Shown in pieces: positions 39,646 to 44,260 of a stretch of DNA of 44,260 nt. Both the position numbers and the translations under genes were made by a program. A model generated the notes under the pieces. That model was not told the DNA's origin and searched no databases. It saw only the letters and a program-made list of their open reading frames with translations. How positions within the stretch are numbered: position 1 is the first letter of the stretch; every line of letters starts with the position of its first letter. This DNA is from a virus: the IMG/VR virus record IMGVR_UViG_3300045988_065940; one strand, written 5' to 3'.

Positions 39646-40324
39646 TGACTTCCTCCCACTGCCACAGCCCTTCGGTATCGGGCGCCCAGACGCACGGTGT
39701 CATCGTCAGCTTGCACAGATAGGTTTTGCCGTTGTAGCTGTAGTATTTTTCGGCAACAGTGTCCATGCCCGAGATATACGGTATCGGGTCTTCCAATGTG
39801 CCTGCATGCGTCTGGTCTATAGGGCGATACACGGCAAGCATGCCCTCGCCATGGGGCGGCTGGTGCTCCTGTGGCGTCACGCCATCTGCGGGCACAACGC
39901 GATACAGTGTGCCGCCATCGTTGATGATTGTGTTTGCCGTAAGCGCCGCTCCGGCTTCCAGCACTTCTTCCCACGTTTTGAACAGTCCCGGCATCTGCAA
40001 TGCAACGGCATCGTCAAGGTCTGCTGCTGCTTGTACGAAAACTTTTGCTGCAACCTCCATCTGCCCTGCCATCTTGGTGCTGTCAACAACGGCTTTGTTC
40101 GTTGCCGCAAGCTCATTGCCCATGTCCACTTCAAGCAAGAACACCGTCTCAAGCCCATCCATCGCGTCTCGGTCAAGCAGATGATAGGGCTTGCCGTTGT
40201 GGGCAATGCCTGTCGCTTCTGTCTCGCTGCAAAGCACATAGCTGCCGTTTGCGGCGATTTTTATGTATGTCGGCTTTTCCGTAAGGCCCACTGCGCTGTT
40301 TTCGGTTGATATGATTTTGTACAT
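39638..40324 (-). CDS. Tail-fibre-associated protein with CBM5/12-like C-terminus
   Basis: The C-terminal YYSYNGKTYLCKLTMTPCVWAPDTEGLWQWEEV resembles a small aromatic carbohydrate-binding module. Confidence 0.5.
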   Translation of the reverse strand: MYKIISTENSAVGLTEKPTYIKIAANGSYVLCSETEATGIAHNGKPYHLLDRDAMDGLETVFLLEVDMGNELAATNKAVVDSTKMAGQMEVAAKVFVQAAADLDDAVALQMPGLFKTWEEVLEAGAALTANTIINDGGTLYRVVPADGVTPQEHQPPHGEGMLAVYRPIDQTHAGTLEDPIPYISGMDTVAEKYYSYNGKTYLCKLTMTPCVWAPDTEGLWQWEEVNG

Positions 40325-40338
40325 TTGTGCCTCCCTTT

Positions 40339-41430
40339 TCAGACGTAGAATATAGGAGCGGAGAGTATCCTTGTTGATGTCGCAAAGGCTTTAATCTCTT
40401 CGCCTGAGTACCCAATGCCGTAACAACTTGACTTCCTGTTAAATTGGTTATATTCATCTCGGAGATAAGTGCGTCTCTGGCCGGTTCCATCTTTAAAGCT
40501 GTCGTCGGCTGTCGGCTGATTGTCAGTTGCCCAGTGGACAAGCGAATTTCCAGCTCGATAATAATCGTATTGCTGCTGATGACTGCCCATCGAAGAAAAC
40601 AGAACCGACTGCTCGCCGAAGCACTCTACTGTGCCCATTAAATGCAACGTATCGGAGTCCGGTTGAACTGAAAACGTCGGAATCTGAGAACCAGTTGACG
40701 AGACAGTAGCTTGTTGATAATACTTCGTCGTCGTTTTCCAAACGGCCGTTAAATCGGCTGGCAGTTTCGTTTTAATCGTTGCAAGCGGAATTATTGAGTC
40801 TTGGTAATAATCTGACAAACCCACTTGTTTTCCGTTCTGCTTGCCGATATGAAAATGTATTCGGTTGGAACCCTCGCGCGCGGCGTTATGGTTAAATCCC
40901 AAGATGAATGCGTCCAAAGTCACGTCCAAATATGACGTCGTGGATGGGGTATATGTTTGGAGTGATGTCACGACTATTGACTTCGTGTCCCCAACACTCC
41001 AGATACTTGGCGCAAGCCCAGCATCGCTTGCTGCGCGAATTTGAGCCCATGTATTGTCGTTTAGAACTGGGCTAAACGTGCTCGATGTCGCCGTCAGGCT
41101 CACCACTCGCCGCGCAGTCTGATATTTCTTTTTCGCGTTATAAGCGAAAGCTCGATAGTAATACGTTGTTCCGGCAGTCAGCCCGGTATCGGTATAAGTA
41201 AGCGCTGTGCCCTCGTACACCACCGTGCCGTCCGAAACCTTCTCGGGGGCGCTCCCGGCCTTGCGAACAATGCGTACACCTACAAAGCTGCTGTCTTCGT
41301 CAACCGTCGGCGCTTCCCATGACAGCCGGGCAGACAATGCGGTTGAGCCGGGGATAACTTTGAAATTCTCCACCTGTCCGCACAGCTGCGGAGTGCCGCC
41401 TCCACCACCTGCGTGATTGATAAGAGGCAT
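40339..41430 (-). CDS. Tail fibre/receptor-binding protein with fibronectin type III domain
   Basis: The ATG at 41430 has an AAGGAGGGA RBS and a TAATG overlap with the upstream gene. Contains the FN3 pattern LSWEAP...YTDTGLTAGTTYYYRAFAYN. Confidence 0.7.
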   Translation of the reverse strand: MPLINHAGGGGGTPQLCGQVENFKVIPGSTALSARLSWEAPTVDEDSSFVGVRIVRKAGSAPEKVSDGTVVYEGTALTYTDTGLTAGTTYYYRAFAYNAKKKYQTARRVVSLTATSSTFSPVLNDNTWAQIRAASDAGLAPSIWSVGDTKSIVVTSLQTYTPSTTSYLDVTLDAFILGFNHNAAREGSNRIHFHIGKQNGKQVGLSDYYQDSIIPLATIKTKLPADLTAVWKTTTKYYQQATVSSTGSQIPTFSVQPDSDTLHLMGTVECFGEQSVLFSSMGSHQQQYDYYRAGNSLVHWATDNQPTADDSFKDGTGQRRTYLRDEYNQFNRKSSCYGIGYSGEEIKAFATSTRILSAPIFYV

Positions 41431-42107
41431 TACAAATCCCTCCTTATAATAATGGTTACGGGGATGTCTACAGTCGGCACATCTCCAAGCGCGACGAGCT
41501 GAATGCTCCCTGCCGCCTGTGTACCACCGACGATCATTGCACCGCTCAGCGCTTCCATCTGCGCCTGCGTTATGCCGTTGTTTTCTCGCGGCAGAAGCTC
41601 GACCGCCGATGTCGCCGTAATGTTCGCGTTGCTGACGGTGTATTTCTTCGCCGTTGTCCAGCTTGACGCATACAGCGTTAAATTCACTTTCGACGACCGC
41701 CCCGCGGAATACACCTCCCACGTATACCCCGTAGCCGCCGCCGCTGTGCAGTGATAAACAAGCTTTGCCGCCGTGTCGATGTAGGTTTGGCCGACTACGC
41801 CGACGGTCGAGGTTGTGGGTGGGGTGGTGCCGATGATGGGCTGAGCGTTGCCGAGAAGATTAAGCGCTTCATTAATTGTCGGATCGTCGCTCGTAAGCCC
41901 CAAAGCCGTTTTGGTCTCGTCCGCCAGCAAATTGGATTTTGACAGCGGCGTTCCGACAGTGTCGCATCCGTCAGGGTTCAGTGCGATATCCAGCGTTGCA
42001 TTTCCGGCAAGCAGCTGTGTTCGCCATTCTGAAAAGCTCTCAGGCAGCGATGAGGGCGCTTTTAGCTTCCTCGACGTGCCGTCGCCTTTGATTATGGTGT
42101 TTTTCAA
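41430..42107 (-). CDS. Tail fibre-like protein
   Basis: The TTG at 42107 lies 7 nt after AGGAGG. The product is Thr/Ala/Gly-rich. The track's start at 42131 lacks an RBS. Confidence 0.55.
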   Translation of the reverse strand: MKNTIIKGDGTSRKLKAPSSLPESFSEWRTQLLAGNATLDIALNPDGCDTVGTPLSKSNLLADETKTALGLTSDDPTINEALNLLGNAQPIIGTTPPTTSTVGVVGQTYIDTAAKLVYHCTAAAATGYTWEVYSAGRSSKVNLTLYASSWTTAKKYTVSNANITATSAVELLPRENNGITQAQMEALSGAMIVGGTQAAGSIQLVALGDVPTVDIPVTIIIRRDL

Positions 42108-42118
42108 ATGCTTTCCTC

Positions 42119-42709
42119 CTATTCTCCGCAATAATACAAATTAACGTATTCAAATGCGGCAACTGTTTTGTCTATCTCGTTATACAATGACTGTTCCAGT
42201 TCGACGAGCGCCGTGTTTATGAGATAGAGCAGATATTCAATGTCATTCGCGGTCGAGAATGTGAGATTGCGCATGCTCGTTGGCACTGTAGGCGCGTCGA
42301 CCGGCAATGTAAGCTGTCCTCGCAGCTCGGTAAGGTTAGCAAGGTATGTTTCCATTGCCGCCTGCATCGGTATGTCCGTGACCGCCCAATCGGTCTTGGG
42401 ACTGACCGTGATGCTTTCGGGGTCATACGGCAGAACAACGGTAACGTCATTGCCGCCGCCTCTCGCCGCGCTGTATGCCGCCACTCTCTGCGGCAGCGTC
42501 TTCATTTGCTGCGCGATATACGAAACGGCCTGTCCGACGCGGTTTAAGTCGGTGTAGTTATACGCGCCTTTCATACCGGCCATATACTCCGTTTTCTCCG
42601 CGTCTGTCAGAGCGCTGAGCCCTCCGGCGAGTATCTTTCCCTTTAGCTCGTAAACGCGGTCTACATCGGCTTGTGTGCGGTCATATATAAGGTTATCGAT
42701 CACACTCAT
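42119..42709 (-). CDS. Tail-associated hypothetical protein (196 aa)
   Basis: ATGA-type coupling to the tail-tip gene. Contains the motif ...MKGAYNYTDLNRVGQAV.... Confidence 0.5.
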   Translation of the reverse strand: MSVIDNLIYDRTQADVDRVYELKGKILAGGLSALTDAEKTEYMAGMKGAYNYTDLNRVGQAVSYIAQQMKTLPQRVAAYSAARGGGNDVTVVLPYDPESITVSPKTDWAVTDIPMQAAMETYLANLTELRGQLTLPVDAPTVPTSMRNLTFSTANDIEYLLYLINTALVELEQSLYNEIDKTVAAFEYVNLYYCGE

Positions 42710-44260
42710 ATCAAAGCTTTCACCTTTACCTTTCCGCTCAGAGAGCCGTTGAATGTTATCTCATCAACCAGCACGAGCGCGTCCATCTCGTCGGTGTACA
42801 TGGTCTGCAAGCCTATAATGTCGCCGACTTCGAGCTCGGGATTGCCGCGATACGTCGCATCGTAAGTGTTGCGCATTGTAAGATACTTTTTGACATGCTC
42901 GGCAAGCGCGGCGCACATATCGTCGTTGGTTATGAGAGGGTTTGTCTCCTTGTCGGTTTCTCCGTCCAAATTCACGGGGTAAGAAACGACCACCGAGTTT
43001 TCAGACAAAGTTTTACCTGTTATGGTCACGGTTTTAGTGCCGGAGGATAACACCAAATCGGCAGCTCGCGCATATATATCGGAAGATACAAGCGTACCGC
43101 CGGTAACCGTGATTTGTACATCCGCTGCAAGACCTGAGAATTCAATATGTAGGTTAGTCTCGGCGGTCGTTCCTTCAAATAGCATACTGCTGTCGCCGTT
43201 GGCCGTATAAGCGTATTTAGCGACAGTAACGGTTTTGAGCTGATCGATCTTCGACAGCGTTTGGCTGTTTTCGGATATCGTCGTGAAGTCCAGCGTATAA
43301 TCCGTCTCGCGGTAATAGACCTTACTCACCCGCGCCCGGCGATAAGGCAAGCCGCTGAGAACAGTAACCTCAAACTTTGTGCATTCAAACGCAAGCGAGC
43401 TCGTAATAACTGTCTCGGCAGACGTTATGCCGCTTACGACTTTGGTATCAAGCAGCGTATCGCCGCTGTAATACTTGACCTGCACCGACGAGGGATATTC
43501 ATCTATCGGCGTATCAAAGCACAGCGTGAGCACCGGTAGATCATGCGATACATCGAACTTCTTAGTAAACACCGGCGCTGTGTCGTAATCTCCGCTGTTG
43601 TCCGACATGCTCTGACTTACATAGCCACGCCCCGACGCGTCCTCACTTTCGATAAGCACCTGTTCTTCCCCGCCGTCAAGCGCCCAACGATTGAGCTCAA
43701 GCGTGATATAGGTGTTATCCGTCTTGTTGCCTTTATCAACGCTGTTCCACTCACTGAACCACATATGGCCGTTATCCGACCATGTACCGTTGTATATACC
43801 GATAATCGTTACGCCGAACGGCTTAATGTGTATGATATTATCGTCATCGGTGAACAGGCGGCAGCGGCAAGCGTGGGCTATAAGCTGCAAGCAATTCATG
43901 TGCGTGTCGATAGGAAGCGCGGCAGTAGTTTTCATCTGTTTCAGTGCGGGGTCTATCACCCAGGGATGCGTTCCGCGCTCGGTAAGCGTCAGGTCTGCAT
44001 CCAGCAACACTTCCTCTGCCATGTCGTAAAAGTTCTTTTCGCCTAACTTGCTCTTATAAAAGCTGCCCGTTAAGCTGCCGATAAGCCCTGTGCCGGTAAA
44101 CGTAGCCTGATTTTTCGAGGCTTTGGGCTTGCTGTTCAAAACGTACTTGTCGCCCTTAGTCCACTCGACATTTCCGTCCGGCAGCTCGTAGCCGAAGCTT
44201 ATGGTTACCGGCGAGTTTTTGTCGACATAGGCGTACATGCCTGTAGGATTGTCAGGATCA
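42706..44260 (-). CDS. Tail-tip (Tal-like) protein, C-terminal part of the junction-spanning 753-aa gene
   Basis: The frame stays open to the window end. Sequence upstream of the track's ATG at 44238 (...YDPDNPTG MYAYVDKNSP...) is identical to bases 1-119 and continues the ORF that starts at 826. Confidence 0.85.
   Translation of the reverse strand, partial: DPDNPTGMYAYVDKNSPVTISFGYELPDGNVEWTKGDKYVLNSKPKASKNQATFTGTGLIGSLTGSFYKSKLGEKNFYDMAEEVLLDADLTLTERGTHPWVIDPALKQMKTTAALPIDTHMNCLQLIAHACRCRLFTDDDNIIHIKPFGVTIIGIYNGTWSDNGHMWFSEWNSVDKGNKTDNTYITLELNRWALDGGEEQVLIESEDASGRGYVSQSMSDNSGDYDTAPVFTKKFDVSHDLPVLTLCFDTPIDEYPSSVQVKYYSGDTLLDTKVVSGITSAETVITSSLAFECTKFEVTVLSGLPYRRARVSKVYYRETDYTLDFTTISENSQTLSKIDQLKTVTVAKYAYTANGDSSMLFEGTTAETNLHIEFSGLAADVQITVTGGTLVSSDIYARAADLVLSSGTKTVTITGKTLSENSVVVSYPVNLDGETDKETNPLITNDDMCAALAEHVKKYLTMRNTYDATYRGNPELEVGDIIGLQTMYTDEMDALVLVDEITFNGSLSGKVKVKALI
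44142..44260. repeat. Terminal direct repeat, copy 2
   Basis: Exact copy of bases 1-119. Confidence 0.95.

Noticed and set aside
39564-40541. Alternative-frame ORFs on both strands (39564..39974, 39806..40309, 39877..40239, 40000..40284, 40173..40541)
   Set aside because: They are nested within well-supported minus-strand genes. Their translations are Arg/Cys/Gln-rich and they lack RBSs, which is typical of open alternative frames.
40339-41721. 460-aa version of the FN3 tail-fibre ORF given in the track
   Set aside because: The N-terminal 97 codons overlap the upstream fibre gene in another frame and translate to Arg/Gly/Ala-rich junk. A strong AAGGAGGGA RBS precedes the internal ATG at 41430, which also gives a TAATG coupling.
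39638-44260. Diversity-generating retroelement or invertase-driven tail-fibre switching
   Set aside because: No reverse transcriptase gene and no template/variable repeat pair are visible. The only invertase-type recombinase is 25 kb away from the fibre genes, and I found no inverted repeats flanking fibre segments.

Overview
The window is a complete, self-closing genome: the first and last 119 bp are identical, leaving 44,141 unique bp. It is a temperate siphovirus-type phage (tape measure plus G/GT chaperone, no sheath gene). The host is Gram-positive, probably clostridial; this is inferred from GGAGG-type RBSs, a phi-LC3-type holin, an amidase_2 endolysin and a SleB-like hydrolase.

Nearly all genes are on the minus strand. 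Reading that strand:
- an early promoter with two 17-bp palindromic operators (31.2 kb);
- about 35 small early genes: XRE/Xis-like HTH proteins, a protein built from 21 tandem 27-bp repeats, a SleB-like hydrolase, a PAPS-reductase-like enzyme and many Cys-rich zinc-ribbon proteins;
- a recombination/replication module: Sak4-like ATPase, SSB-like protein with a DDDDSDLPF tail, ERCC4 nuclease, CHC2 zinc-finger protein and VirE-type primase/helicase;
- an iteron-rich, ori-like gap, then terS;
- a self-contained insertion of about 2.8 kb (a small serine recombinase plus five plus-strand small ORFs under consensus promoters);
- an HExxH protein, terL, portal, scaffold, capsid, connectors, major tail protein, G/GT chaperone (GGGAAAC -1 frameshift) and a 1259-aa tape measure;
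- tail-tip and fibre genes (one is split by the linearisation point), then the amidase/holin lysis cassette;
- a sigma-region-4-like regulator, then a terminator-insulated 5-gene cargo cluster, then attP (a tRNA 3' fragment).

The plus strand carries a CI-like repressor, a lipoprotein, a membrane-anchored XRE protein and a tyrosine integrase.

Best leads for novelty:
- the recombinase-associated cassette between terS and terL;
- the attP-proximal cargo cluster (C1q/BclA-like, Gly/Tyr-rich and Cys-rich membrane proteins);
- a duplicated, structured terminator/attenuator-like RNA element at two late-operon boundaries;
- an array of ATAGTCGCT repeats at the terS 3' end.

All family calls come from reading motifs and gene order by eye. 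No database search was run.
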